64,000 nt of DNA from an uncultured Bacillota bacterium. Lineage in GTDB: Bacteria > Sysuimicrobiota > Sysuimicrobiia > Sysuimicrobiales > Segetimicrobiaceae. The notes under the pieces are model-generated. The model saw only the letters and a program-made list of their open reading frames with translations, searched no databases and was not told the origin of the DNA. The stretch is from the NCBI GenBank assembly GCA_963804645.1, contig CAWDRG010000017.1, forward strand, positions 224,001-288,000. The letters are read 5' to 3'. Position 1 is the first letter of the stretch. Each line of letters opens with the position of its first letter. Below, piece after piece: positions 18,029-28,617 of this stretch. Made by a program: the position numbers and the translations under genes.

Positions 18029-19177
18029 ATGAATCCAGGTCAGCACCCGCGGCTCACACGACGGTCACTGCTGAAGCGGGGAGGCGCAGCGGGCACCGCG
18101 CTCGGGCTCGGCGCGCTCGGAGGACTGGCCGCTCGAACGCCCAACGCGTGGGCGGACCTCTCGATAGCGAACGGGCGCCCCGTGGACATCACCGAGTTCA
18201 TCTGGATCGGGGGCGGCCAAGGCGTCGTCCCGCGAGAGGTCAAGACGGCCTACCAGAACGCTCACTCGAACGTCAACATCGAACTGTACGAGGGGACGAA
18301 CGCCGTCACGTATCCGAAGATCGTCGCGCAGCGGCAGGTGAACCCCAATAACCCGCTGATCAACTTCGGCTTCTTCAATACCGACGCGCAGACCAAGGGC
18401 GAGCTCGATGGGCTGTGGCTCCCCCTGGATCCCAAGCGGATCCCCAACCTCGCGAACGTCTATCCCGGGTATCACCGCCCGAACGGCACCGGGATCGGCT
18501 GGGGGTACAGCGCGATCGGGATCTTGTACAACAAGAAGCTGGTCAAAGAGCCGCCCACGAGCTGGAACGACATCTTCGCGCCGCGCTTCAAGGGCAAGGT
18601 GATGCTGTTCGATTACGCGTGGGCCTTCAACGGGCTGCTGGGCGTCGCCTACGCGGACGGCGGGAGTGCCAAGCAGATCGACGGCGCGTTCGAAAAGTAC
18701 AGCAAGGCCGCCGCGGACGGTCAGTTCCTGGCGCTGTTCACCACGAATGATCAGGTCAAGGACGCGCTCGCCCGCGGGGACGCGTTGATCGCGCCGTACT
18801 TCACGAGCTTCGCGATCACGTGGAATCAGGAGAGCCCGAACGGCGCCGGCCCCTTTGGGTACGCGCTGCCGAAGGAAGGGGTGGTCGCCTTCAGTTACTT
18901 CTTCAACATCATCAAGGGCTCGAGCCCGGATCAGATCGAGGTCGCGTCCGACGTCATCAACACGTACCTGTCCACGGCGACGATCGAGCGCTACTGCAAC
19001 CTCACCGCGACCGCCCCGGCGGTGAAGGGGGCGAAGCTCCAAGCTTCCCTCCAGGCCGAACCCGCGTTCCAGCCGTCGGTCGCCGAGAAGGCGATTCAGC
19101 CGGACTGGGCAACGGTCAACGCCCAGAACAATGCGTGGAAGCAGCGCTGGGATCGTGAAGTGAAGGCCAAGATGTAG
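18029..19177 (+). CDS. Tat-exported PotD/PotF-type ABC substrate-binding protein
   Basis: LTRRSLL signal, GILYNKK..PPTSWND and LPKEG motifs; first gene of the ABC operon. Confidence 0.88.
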   Translation: MNPGQHPRLTRRSLLKRGGAAGTALGLGALGGLAARTPNAWADLSIANGRPVDITEFIWIGGGQGVVPREVKTAYQNAHSNVNIELYEGTNAVTYPKIVAQRQVNPNNPLINFGFFNTDAQTKGELDGLWLPLDPKRIPNLANVYPGYHRPNGTGIGWGYSAIGILYNKKLVKEPPTSWNDIFAPRFKGKVMLFDYAWAFNGLLGVAYADGGSAKQIDGAFEKYSKAAADGQFLALFTTNDQVKDALARGDALIAPYFTSFAITWNQESPNGAGPFGYALPKEGVVAFSYFFNIIKGSSPDQIEVASDVINTYLSTATIERYCNLTATAPAVKGAKLQASLQAEPAFQPSVAEKAIQPDWATVNAQNNAWKQRWDREVKAKM

Positions 19178-19328
19178 CGATCGCGTTCGCGCCCGCGCTC
19201 GTCTCCGTCCGGGTCGGCCACCGCCGCCCCGGACGGAGCGGGAGGGGCGGACTCCCCGCCGTGTCACCGCTGCCCGCACGACCCTGTTCGACCGTCCTCG
19301 CCGGCCGTTCCCCCGGGGGCGTCCCCGC

Positions 19329-20426
19329 GTGAGCACCGACACGGGGCCCGGCCCCGCGGTCGAACTGCGCCACGTGCACAAGTGGTTCGGCACCGTGCAC
19401 GCCGTGCGGGACGTCACGTTGACAATCCGGGAGAACGAGTTTTTCTCGCTCCTCGGTCCCAGCGGGTGCGGGAAGACGACGGTGCTGCGCATGATCAGCG
19501 GATTCGAGGCGCCGAGCCAGGGCGACCTGTACCTCGAAGGCCGGCTCGCGAACACCATTCCCCCCTACCGCCGGGACACGAACCTCATCTTTCAGCATCT
19601 CGCCCTGTTTCCGCACCTCGACGTGTACGAGAACATCGCCTTTGGGCTGCGCCTGCGGCGTCTGAGCCGTGAGGAGATCCGGCGGAAGGTGCACGAGATT
19701 TTGGAGCTGGTGGATCTCACCGGCTACGGTAGGCGCCGGATTCACCAGCTGAGCGGGGGGCAGAAGCAGCGGATCGCGATCGCGCGCGCGCTGGTGAACG
19801 AACCCGCGGTGCTGCTCCTGGACGAACCGCTGGGCGCACTCGACCTGCGCCTGCGGGTGCAGATGCAGCTCGAACTGAAGGAGATCCAGCACCGCGTCGG
19901 CACGACGTTCGTCTACGTCACGCACGATCAGACCGAAGCCCTCACGATGTCGGACCGCATCGCGGTCATGCGCGACGGGATGGTGGAGCAGATCGGCAGC
20001 GGCCGCGACGTGTATGAGCGGCCGCGCACCCGGTTCGTCGCCGCGTTTCTCGGCGACAGCAATCTGCTGGAAGGGGAAGTCGACGCGCGCGACGCCGCGC
20101 GCACGACACTGCGCACCCGAGGGGCGCGCGTCGTCGGGCCGGGCGGCACGGACGCCGCGCCCGGCACCACGGCCTACCTGTGCGTGCGCCCGGAGCGGCT
20201 CCGTCTGTTCGCGGCCGGCGAGCCGCCGGCGGGATACGAAAACCACCTCGAGGCGCAGGTGCGCGACGTCACGTTCAAAGGCGCCGTGATCGAGTACCGA
20301 CTCGCCGCGCCGAGCGGGCTCGCGCTGATCGCGCAGGCGCACGCTGACGGGACGCCGGCCGTCGAGCGGGGCGCCTCGGTCACCGCCGCGTGGCGCCTGG
20401 ACGACGGCGTGGTGCTGACCGAATGA
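19329..20426 (+). CDS. PotA-type ABC ATPase with TOBE domain
   Basis: GPSGCGKT, LSGGQKQR, LLLDEP and VTHDQ motifs. Confidence 0.95.
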   Translation: MSTDTGPGPAVELRHVHKWFGTVHAVRDVTLTIRENEFFSLLGPSGCGKTTVLRMISGFEAPSQGDLYLEGRLANTIPPYRRDTNLIFQHLALFPHLDVYENIAFGLRLRRLSREEIRRKVHEILELVDLTGYGRRRIHQLSGGQKQRIAIARALVNEPAVLLLDEPLGALDLRLRVQMQLELKEIQHRVGTTFVYVTHDQTEALTMSDRIAVMRDGMVEQIGSGRDVYERPRTRFVAAFLGDSNLLEGEVDARDAARTTLRTRGARVVGPGGTDAAPGTTAYLCVRPERLRLFAAGEPPAGYENHLEAQVRDVTFKGAVIEYRLAAPSGLALIAQAHADGTPAVERGASVTAAWRLDDGVVLTE

Positions 20427-21310
20427 CCACCGACGCGACACCGCGCACCCCGCGCGGACAGGCCCTCGTGATCCCGGCGCTCCTTGGGCCGGCCATCGCG
20501 TTCATCGTGGCGCTACTCCTGTCGGCGCTGGCCATTATGTTCGTCAACAGCGCGTACCACTACACCGGGACGCACGTCGAACCGCGCGTGACCTTCGACG
20601 CGTATCGGCGGTTCTTCACGGATCCCTTCTACGCGAGCGTCGTGTGGCAGGAAGTGCGCCTCGCCGGCCTCGCCACGATCGTGTGTCTCGTCGTCGGCTA
20701 TCCCACCGCGTACGCCATCGCCAAGATCCGGAAGACCGGCTGGGTCATCGCCGCGTACGTCCTCGTGTTCTCCCCGCTGCTCACCAGCAGCATCGTCCGA
20801 GCCTACGGGTGGTTCGTGATCCTGGAGCGCGGCGGGCCGGTGAACTGGCTGCTGCTGCGGCTGCATCTCGTGTCGGCGCCGGTCCGGCTGATCTTTAACT
20901 TTACGGGTGTGGAGATCGCGCTCATCCACGTGCTGCTGCCGTTCACCGTGTTTCCGATCCTGAGCATCCTGCTCCGGACGGATCCGGCGCTGCGGGAAGC
21001 CGCCGCGGACCTGGGCGCGACCCGCATGCAGACGTTTGTCCGCGTCACGTGGCCGCTGTCGTTTCCCGGGCTCTACGCGGCGGCGCAGCTCACCTTCGTC
21101 CTCGCGATGAACGCGTACGTCACCCCGCAGCTCCTCGGAGGCGGCCGCGTGCAGGTCCTGCCGCTACTGATCTACCAGGACATCTCGGACCTCAACTGGC
21201 CGCTCGCGTCGGTCGAGGCGATCGCGCTCATTGCCCTTGTGTGGATCACGATGCTCGTCTCCAACCTCCTGTGTCGCCGCCGTCTCGCGACCGTGGGAGA
21301 TCGTGGATGA
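20423..21310 (+). CDS. PotB-type ABC permease
   Basis: Multiple TM segments and the EAAADLGA loop; ATGA overlap with the ATPase. Confidence 0.92.
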   Translation: MTTDATPRTPRGQALVIPALLGPAIAFIVALLLSALAIMFVNSAYHYTGTHVEPRVTFDAYRRFFTDPFYASVVWQEVRLAGLATIVCLVVGYPTAYAIAKIRKTGWVIAAYVLVFSPLLTSSIVRAYGWFVILERGGPVNWLLLRLHLVSAPVRLIFNFTGVEIALIHVLLPFTVFPILSILLRTDPALREAAADLGATRMQTFVRVTWPLSFPGLYAAAQLTFVLAMNAYVTPQLLGGGRVQVLPLLIYQDISDLNWPLASVEAIALIALVWITMLVSNLLCRRRLATVGDRG

Positions 21311-22122
21311 CCGGGGGGCGCCGCGATCCCGTCGCGATCACGCTGTGGGTCGTCCTCGGACTCGTCGGCGTGTACATGCTCGCGCCGCTCGCGTTCGTCG
21401 TCGTGGACTCGTTCAACCCGTCGACCTACGGCGAGTTCCCCCTGGCCGGCTTCACCCTGCACTGGTACACGAACGCCGCCGCGGTGCCCGAGTTCCGGAC
21501 CGGGCTGGCGAACTCGCTGGTCGTCGCCGTCGGCGCCACCGTGGTGGCGATCGTCTTGGGCACGCTCGCGGCGTACGGGCTCGCGCGCTATCGCTTCCGG
21601 GGGCGCGAGTGGGCAGGGTCGTTCCTGCTGCTGCCGATCATCGTCCCGGCCATCGTGTTCGGGGCGGCGCTCTTCTTACTGTACATCCGGATCGGACTAT
21701 ACGGGACCCGCACCGGCTTGGTCCTCGGACACGCGCTGCTGGGGCTCCCGTTCGTGATGTCGATCGTCGCGGCGAGCCTGCAGACGCTCGGCCGCGAGTA
21801 CGAGGAAGCCGCGATGGACCTCGGGGCGAATCCCTTCGTCACGTTCTTTCGGGTGACCATTCCCTCGATCCGGCCCGGCCTCATCGTCGGCGCGCTCTTC
21901 GCGTTCGTCACGTCATGGGACCAGGTCGACGTGTCGCTGTTCCTGACACGGCCGCGGAACAACACGCTGCCGATCGCGATGTTCAATTACGAGCAGAACT
22001 ATCAGGACCCGACGCTCGCGGCGCTCTCGACGGTGCTGATCGGGTTCGCAGTCATCCTGGTGCTGCTCGCCGTGTCGGTCCTCAAGACCCAGGAATACCG
22101 GCGGCTGGTCGAGCGCCGGTAG
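21307..22122 (+). CDS. PotC-type ABC permease
   Basis: GFTLHWY, EEAAMDLGA and TLPI motifs. Confidence 0.92.
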   Translation: MTGGRRDPVAITLWVVLGLVGVYMLAPLAFVVVDSFNPSTYGEFPLAGFTLHWYTNAAAVPEFRTGLANSLVVAVGATVVAIVLGTLAAYGLARYRFRGREWAGSFLLLPIIVPAIVFGAALFLLYIRIGLYGTRTGLVLGHALLGLPFVMSIVAASLQTLGREYEEAAMDLGANPFVTFFRVTIPSIRPGLIVGALFAFVTSWDQVDVSLFLTRPRNNTLPIAMFNYEQNYQDPTLAALSTVLIGFAVILVLLAVSVLKTQEYRRLVERR

Positions 22123-22159
22123 CACGGACGGCGGACGAACGGGTCGCGCCCGCCCTCCA

Positions 22160-24166
22160 TCACGAGCGGGCCGGCGCGGCGTCGTCCACGCGCTCGACGC
22201 CAGCCAGCCGCGCGTGGAGCGCGCGCACGATCTCGGCGATGCGTTCGGGCGCGGGGCAGTCCCCGCGGCCAGCCCGTGCGTCGACCTCGCGCATCGTCCG
22301 CTGCTTGAGGTAGTTGCGCAGCGCCAGCGGGTACGTCATGAGGCTGCGGTTCAAGGCGAGCTGCATCGCATCCGACCACACGGCCTCAAAGGCCTCCCGC
22401 TCCGGGCCGAAGGTGTACTCAGTCTGCCGCAGCGGCCGACAAGAGCGGAGCGCAGCCGTGGCCGGAGCGTCGACCTGCCCGCCCCGGAGCACCACCCCGT
22501 AGTCCTCTCGCGCCGACGCGTCGGAGACGAGACCCCGGAGCACGTCCGACTGCACCAGCGCCGGATCGCGCGCGAAGGGATCGCCGTACCCGCCGCCTCC
22601 CTGCGAGGCGAACGTCACCGTGTCGCCGGGCTGGAGCAACAGCTCGTCGATGCGCCCCGTTGGCATCGCCTCTGCGGTGCCCTCGTTCTTGATCGCGGTC
22701 CCGGGCATCCCGGGAAAGCCGCCCAACCGGCCCCAGGGTCGGAACTGCATGCGCTCCATCCCGCGCGCCGTCATGACGGTGTCCGGTGCGAAGACGCGCA
22801 CCATGAGCTCGATCCCGCACCCGCCTCGAAAGCGGCCGGGGCCGCCGGAATCGGGCCGCAGACCGTACCGCTCGATCAGAATCGGCATATCCGCCTCCAG
22901 CGTCTCGGCCGGCACGTTCCGGAGGTAGCCGACGGCGAAGTCCATGCCGTCGATCCCGTCGCGCATCGGACGCCCGCCGGAGCCGCCGCAGATCGGCTGG
23001 ACCACGCCGACCAAGTGCTTGCCGCTCCGCGCGTCCACCATCGCGAGCAGCACGATACACGCCTGCCCGGCGCCGACGGCCGGCAGCCGGTCCGGCTGCG
23101 CCTGGCTCAGGACCCCGATCACGACGTCCATCAGGCGGATGAACGTCGCGGCGCGCACCCCCACCGCCGCGGGGAACTCGGGGTTGAGCAGGCTGCCGGC
23201 GGGCGCGTTGTTCGTGACCATCCGCACCATGCCGGTGTTCCACGGCACGGACGGATCCAGCGTGCGGAAATACCGCACGAGTGACGGCACGAGCATGAAG
23301 TGCCCCGGCTGATTGCACGACGGCAGGTTGAACGCCGCGCGGACTTGCGGATCGGTGCCCTCGAAATCCATGAACAACTCGTCCCCGTGCACGACCAGCC
23401 GGCACCGCAGGCGGATCGGATACCCGCCGTCGAGGGCGTCCAGGTAGTCCCAAAACGTATATTCGCCGTCCGGGATGTCGCGGACCATCGCGCGCACGAG
23501 GCGCTCGGCGTACGTCATCAGGTCCTGGATACCCCGCTCGACCTGCTCCACGCCGTAGCGGGCCACGAGCTCGTGGAGACGACGCTCGCCGGTATTGAGC
23601 GACGCCATCAGCGCCCGGAGATCGCCCAAGTTCTGCTCGGGAATCCGGCAGTTGTCGAGGAAGATGGTGAGGATCTGCTGGTTGAGCTCGCCGCGGTCGT
23701 ACAGCTTGACCGGCGCGATCCGCACCCCTTCCTGAAAAATGTCGTAGCTGGTCGGACTGATGCTGCCTGGCACCTTGCCGCCGACGTCTGACGAGTGGAC
23801 GAAGCTGCACCCGAACGCGATGATCCGGCCGCCCGCAAAAATCGGCTTCACGAGGTAGACGTCGGCCAGGTGTGTGGACAAGCCGCCGGTCGTAAACGGA
23901 TCGTTCGCGATGACGATGTCGCCTTCGTGCCATTCGGCAATCGCGGAGATCACGCCCTGACCCGGGAGCCCGAGCGACAGACTCACGCCCGTGGACACCG
24001 GCGACCCGAACGTCTCGCCGGCCGGCGACAGGAGGCACACCCCGAAGTCCGCCGTTTCCTTGACGAAGACGGTAAAGCCGGTGCGCAGCACGACGCTCGC
24101 CATCTCTTCGGAGATGGCCTGAATCCGATTCTTGAAGATCTCGAGAAACACCGGATCGGTCGTCAT
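22160..24166 (-). CDS. Hydantoinase B/oxoprolinase family protein with a C-terminal extension
   Basis: DPVFLEIF, NDPF..THLAD, HSSDVGG, QEG and GGGGYGDP motifs. Confidence 0.92.
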   Translation of the reverse strand: MTTDPVFLEIFKNRIQAISEEMASVVLRTGFTVFVKETADFGVCLLSPAGETFGSPVSTGVSLSLGLPGQGVISAIAEWHEGDIVIANDPFTTGGLSTHLADVYLVKPIFAGGRIIAFGCSFVHSSDVGGKVPGSISPTSYDIFQEGVRIAPVKLYDRGELNQQILTIFLDNCRIPEQNLGDLRALMASLNTGERRLHELVARYGVEQVERGIQDLMTYAERLVRAMVRDIPDGEYTFWDYLDALDGGYPIRLRCRLVVHGDELFMDFEGTDPQVRAAFNLPSCNQPGHFMLVPSLVRYFRTLDPSVPWNTGMVRMVTNNAPAGSLLNPEFPAAVGVRAATFIRLMDVVIGVLSQAQPDRLPAVGAGQACIVLLAMVDARSGKHLVGVVQPICGGSGGRPMRDGIDGMDFAVGYLRNVPAETLEADMPILIERYGLRPDSGGPGRFRGGCGIELMVRVFAPDTVMTARGMERMQFRPWGRLGGFPGMPGTAIKNEGTAEAMPTGRIDELLLQPGDTVTFASQGGGGYGDPFARDPALVQSDVLRGLVSDASAREDYGVVLRGGQVDAPATAALRSCRPLRQTEYTFGPEREAFEAVWSDAMQLALNRSLMTYPLALRNYLKQRTMREVDARAGRGDCPAPERIAEIVRALHARLAGVERVDDAAPARS

Positions 24167-26211
24167 CACCCGGCCTCCCCGACGAGGTTCCCCGCGGCAT
24201 CCGCGCGCACGCGGTATCCGGGTGGCACGAACGTGGTCGTGTCGTACTGCTCGATGACCGCGGGCCCGACGATCCACCGGTCCCGACCGACGGCAGCGCG
24301 CTGGCAGACCCGCGCGTCGCGGGACGCCCCGTCCACGAACACCGGCCGGGTCTCGTCGGGGCGCTCGCCGCCGCGCCCCTCCCGCGCCGAGAGCCGCGTC
24401 ACCTTGGCCGTCTCGCCCACCACCGTCGCCCGGAGATTGACGAACGTGACCGGCGCCTTCGCATCGCTCACGCCGAAAATCGAGTGGTACAGCGCATGGA
24501 ACCGCCGCCCGACCGCCGCACGGTCCCCGCGTTCGTCGGCCGGCACGGAGACCTCGATCTCGAACGCCTGCCCTTCGTACCGCATGTCGGCGCTGTACAG
24601 GACGAAGGACGAGGTGAGTCGGATCCCCTGCGCACTCTCCTCCTCGAGCCATTCCCGGCCGCGCCGCTCGAGCGCGGCGTAGGCCGCCTCGAGGTCGGCG
24701 TCGGTGAGTTGGTGATCGCTGCGGTACAGCGAGTGGACGAAGTCGTTGCGGAGATCGGCCACGATGCAGCCGAGGGCGCACAGCGTCCCGGGCGACGGCG
24801 GGATCAGCACCTTCCCGATCCCGACCTCCCGGGCGAGGAGGAACGCGTGCGTCGGGCCGGCCCCACCGTAGGCCAGCAGCGTGAAGTCGCGCGGATCCAC
24901 GCCCTTGCGGGCCATCAGCGGGGTGAACTGCGCGTACATGTTCGACGTGGTCACGTCGAGAATGGCCTGCGCGACGGCACGCGACGACAGGCCGATCCCG
25001 CGGCCGAGCTCCGTGAGGGCCTGCTCGGCGAGCGACGCCGTCAGCGGCATCTGCCCGCCGAGGAACCGGTCCGGGGCGATGATCCCGAGGTGCACGTACG
25101 CATCCGTCACCGTGGGCCACCGGCCGCCTCGACCGTAGCACGCCGGCCCCGGGTCGGCGCCGGCGCTGCGCGGTCCCACCTTGAGGACGCCCGCCGCATC
25201 CAGCCACGCGATCGATCCGCCCCCCGCCCCGATCGACGACACGTCCACGGCGGGCATGATCACGGGGAAATCGCCGACTTGGTTCTCCGTCGAGTAGGCG
25301 GGTTGGCCGTCCACCACGATCGCCACATCCGCGCTCGTCCCACCCATGTCGAGCGTCACGATCCCGCCCGCGCCGGCGAGGCGCGCGACGTGGGCCGCCC
25401 CGATCACGCCGGACGCCGGCCCCGACAGGAGCGTCTGCACCGGCTCCTCGGCCGCGCGCGCGGCGGTCATCACGCCGCCGTTCGACTTGGTCGAGAGCAC
25501 CTGCGCCCGCAGCCCGCGTTCCGCCGCCCCCCGTGCGAGGTTGCGAAAGTACCCGGCCATGCGCGCGCCGATGTACGCGTTCATCACGGCGACCAGACAG
25601 CGCTCGTACTCGCGCTGCTGCGGCCACAGGTCGGCGCTCGCGCACGCGAACAGCCCGGGGAACTCGGTCCGGATCAGGTCCCGGACCTGATGCTCGTGCG
25701 CGGCGTTCTTGTAGGCGTGCATGAAGCACACGGCCACCGCAGTGACCCCGTCGGCGTCCAGCCGGCGGACCGCGTCGCGCACCTGCGAAAGGTCGAGCGC
25801 GCGGTGCACGCGCCCGTCGGCGAGCATCCGCTCGTCGATCTCCTGGACCAGGTCGCGGGGCACGAGCGGCAGCGGCTTGTCGCCGTAGAAATCGGTCGTA
25901 TTTTCCAGACGGAGCCGCCGGATCTCGAGGATGTCGCGCAGGCCGCGCGTGACGAGCAGGCCCGTCCGGGCGCCGCTCCGCTCGATGAGGGTGTTGACGC
26001 CGAGCGTGGTGCCGTGGACGAACAACGCGATCTCTTCCGGCGGCACCTTCGCGCGCCGGAGATCATCCAGGGCGTTGAAAATGGCCTCCTCGGGCGCGCC
26101 CGGCACGGAGGGCGTCTTCAGGGTCGCGGTCACCGTGCCGGCGTCGTCCGCGACCATCACGTCCGTGAACGTGCCTCCGATATCCACGCCGAGTCGAAAG
26201 GATCCCGCCAT
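24166..26211 (-). CDS. Hydantoinase A/oxoprolinase family protein
   Basis: GVDIGGTFTD, HGTT, LLSGPASG, DMGGTS, SIGAGGGS and GPACYG motifs; AGGAGG RBS. Confidence 0.93.
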   Translation of the reverse strand: MAGSFRLGVDIGGTFTDVMVADDAGTVTATLKTPSVPGAPEEAIFNALDDLRRAKVPPEEIALFVHGTTLGVNTLIERSGARTGLLVTRGLRDILEIRRLRLENTTDFYGDKPLPLVPRDLVQEIDERMLADGRVHRALDLSQVRDAVRRLDADGVTAVAVCFMHAYKNAAHEHQVRDLIRTEFPGLFACASADLWPQQREYERCLVAVMNAYIGARMAGYFRNLARGAAERGLRAQVLSTKSNGGVMTAARAAEEPVQTLLSGPASGVIGAAHVARLAGAGGIVTLDMGGTSADVAIVVDGQPAYSTENQVGDFPVIMPAVDVSSIGAGGGSIAWLDAAGVLKVGPRSAGADPGPACYGRGGRWPTVTDAYVHLGIIAPDRFLGGQMPLTASLAEQALTELGRGIGLSSRAVAQAILDVTTSNMYAQFTPLMARKGVDPRDFTLLAYGGAGPTHAFLLAREVGIGKVLIPPSPGTLCALGCIVADLRNDFVHSLYRSDHQLTDADLEAAYAALERRGREWLEEESAQGIRLTSSFVLYSADMRYEGQAFEIEVSVPADERGDRAAVGRRFHALYHSIFGVSDAKAPVTFVNLRATVVGETAKVTRLSAREGRGGERPDETRPVFVDGASRDARVCQRAAVGRDRWIVGPAVIEQYDTTTFVPPGYRVRADAAGNLVGEAG

Positions 26212-26383
26212 CCGGTCCGACCTCCTGTCGCGATAGTCCTCCACGGTGGGCGTCACGGCGACACGTCAGCCCTCGGCGGCGCGGTGGAGCTCCGTTCGTC
26301 CGGCGGACCGCCGTGAGCGCAACGCGTTGGGGGCCGGCCGTGCGCGCACGCCGGCCCGCCTCGGCCTTCCGATGCTAGACCGA

Positions 26384-27523
26384 TCAGCCCACGACCATCA
26401 AGGAACTGGTGTCCATCTTCGTCGTCAGCCGCTCACCGCCGCGCTCGCCCACCCGCACCAGATCCTCCACGTGAAACCGGCCGAGTCCCTTAAAGGGGTG
26501 CATGATTTCGACGCACATCAGCATGTTCGGCACGAGCGTTTCTTCCTCATAGGGGGTGAGGATCGGGTATTCATGCAGCCGAAGACCGAGACTGTGGCCG
26601 ATCGCGTCCATCGAGAACTCGAGACCAAGGTCCTTACCGACCGCTACGGATTCGCGGTACAGATCGGACGCGCGCCGTCCGGGCTTCAACCGCGAGATCA
26701 TCTCGCGCTGCAGCGTGACGAGCGTGTGGTACGCGTCGCGCTGCGCCGCGGACGGCTCCCCCACCACGGCCATGCGGCCGAAGTCGGTGTAGTACCCGCG
26801 GAAAAACCCGACCATATCCATCCGCATGACCGTGCCCGGCCCCACGCGGGTCTCGTCGGGCACGGAGTGGGCGATCATCGTCCGCTCAGGACCCGAGGCG
26901 AAGCTATAGAACGGCACCCAGTCGGCACCGCCGTCCAAGAGGTGGTGCGCCAGGCGACGGGCGATCGAACGCTCAGTCTCGCCGGCCTTGGTCGCACGAT
27001 AGCCGGCGTCGACCGCCGTCTCCCAGATGCCGGCGATCTCCGTCATGTGCCGGATCTCGTCGTCCGTCTTCACCATCCGGGACCGGTTCAACACCGTTTC
27101 GGCGTCGAGGATCTCCAGTTGCGGCAGCGCGCGCCGCAGCGCATCGGCGTCCCGCCCGGGCAAGTAGCCCATTTCGATCCAGACCCGCCCGCGATCGAGA
27201 CCCCGCTCCTTGAGCGCGCGCACCAACCCGTCGACCGGCAGCACGGCGTGCTCCGTGTACGGCACGATCTCATCGATCCACGACTGCGTGCGGGCCGTGT
27301 GTTCGACGACCGTGCTGACGACAAAGAACGGCGCGCCCTCACGCCGGTACACCGCGAACGCGAGCCGATCGCTGATCATCCGCTGGCTGATGATGAACAC
27401 TCCGGCCAGATGCTGCACGTTCTCAGGGGACACCCCGATGACCGCGTCCACACCCGCCGCGGTCATCTCCTGCCGCAATCCGGTCTCGAGGTACTGGCGC
27501 TTCTCCACGCTCGACCTCCTCAT
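26384..27523 (-). CDS. M24 (Xaa-Pro aminopeptidase-like) peptidase; may start at GTG 27508
   Basis: Creatinase-like N-domain and metal ligands D..D (MDMVG..TDFGR), GHSLG..HE, CVE and VED. Confidence 0.88.
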   Translation of the reverse strand: MRRSSVEKRQYLETGLRQEMTAAGVDAVIGVSPENVQHLAGVFIISQRMISDRLAFAVYRREGAPFFVVSTVVEHTARTQSWIDEIVPYTEHAVLPVDGLVRALKERGLDRGRVWIEMGYLPGRDADALRRALPQLEILDAETVLNRSRMVKTDDEIRHMTEIAGIWETAVDAGYRATKAGETERSIARRLAHHLLDGGADWVPFYSFASGPERTMIAHSVPDETRVGPGTVMRMDMVGFFRGYYTDFGRMAVVGEPSAAQRDAYHTLVTLQREMISRLKPGRRASDLYRESVAVGKDLGLEFSMDAIGHSLGLRLHEYPILTPYEEETLVPNMLMCVEIMHPFKGLGRFHVEDLVRVGERGGERLTTKMDTSSLMVVG

Positions 27524-27924
27524 CCGTCATCCACCACGGTCGACAATGGACCGCCCGCGCACGCGGGCCGGCACACCGGCGCGAACGGAATACACACCCC
27601 GGCAGCCGCGTGGCACCCTTCACACACCCCATGGGTCCCCGGGAGATCGGTCCGTGACGGCGCGAGGCACCACATTGACGCTCAATGGTCCGTGGCCGCG
27701 GAATCGACTCCCCCCCAATTCGCGCCGGGGCTCACCGCCGCCTGCTCGCGCGACGGCATCCACCGGAGAGCCGACTGCCGGTCGAGGACGCTCCGCCATC
27801 GCGTCCGCAGCCGTCAGAGGGTCCGCTCGGGGTGCGTCGAATGCGGTCGGTGACAGAGTCGGCGCGGCGGCGGGTACACTAACGTGGGGTGCGCCGTCTC
27901 CGCACGAACGCCCCGAAGCGACCG

Positions 27925-28617
27925 ATGAGCCTCGACGCGTATCGCCGGAAACGCCGCTTCGACGTCACGCCTGAGCCCGCGGGCGGCCGCAGGACGGCGC
28001 CGGCCCGCCGCCTCCTCTACGTCGTCCAGAAGCACCAGGCGAGCCATCTGCACTACGATCTGCGCCTCGAGTGGGACGGGGTGCTCCTGTCGTGGGCGGT
28101 GCCGAAGGGGCCCTCGCTCGACCCGTCGGTCAAGCGCCTCGCGATGCGCGTCGAAGACCATCCGATCGAGTACGCGAAGTTCGAGGGCAGCATCCCCGAC
28201 GGCCAGTACGGCGCCGGCACCGTGATGGTGTGGGATCTCGGCACCTGGGTCCCGGACGAGCCGCGGGTCGACCTGTCCCTGCGGCGCGGCGAACTCAAGT
28301 TCACGCTCTACGGGCGGAAGCTCACGGGGTCGTGGGTCCTGGTGCGCACCCGGCGCGGACCGCCCGGATCCTCCGGCCGCGCGGCGTGGTTGTTGATCAA
28401 ACACCGGGATGCCTCCGCGTCGACGCACGATGTGGAAACCGCGCGGCCCCGCTCGGTCATCTCGAACCGGACGCTCGCCTCGATCGCGCGGGCCTCCGGC
28501 GGCAACGTCGAGAAGGCGGCGGCCGCCGACCCACCCGCCGGACGGACGCGGACGCCGGCCGGTCCGCGCCGCACGCCGGCACGAACGGCCGTGCCCGCGC
28601 GCCGGGCACGCCGATGA
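27925..28617 (+). CDS. Stand-alone LigD 3'-phosphoesterase domain protein
   Basis: YRRKRRFDVTPEP, VVQKHQASHLHYDLRLE, SWAVPKGPS, VEDHPIEY and YGAGTV motifs. Confidence 0.93.
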   Translation: MSLDAYRRKRRFDVTPEPAGGRRTAPARRLLYVVQKHQASHLHYDLRLEWDGVLLSWAVPKGPSLDPSVKRLAMRVEDHPIEYAKFEGSIPDGQYGAGTVMVWDLGTWVPDEPRVDLSLRRGELKFTLYGRKLTGSWVLVRTRRGPPGSSGRAAWLLIKHRDASASTHDVETARPRSVISNRTLASIARASGGNVEKAAAADPPAGRTRTPAGPRRTPARTAVPARRARR

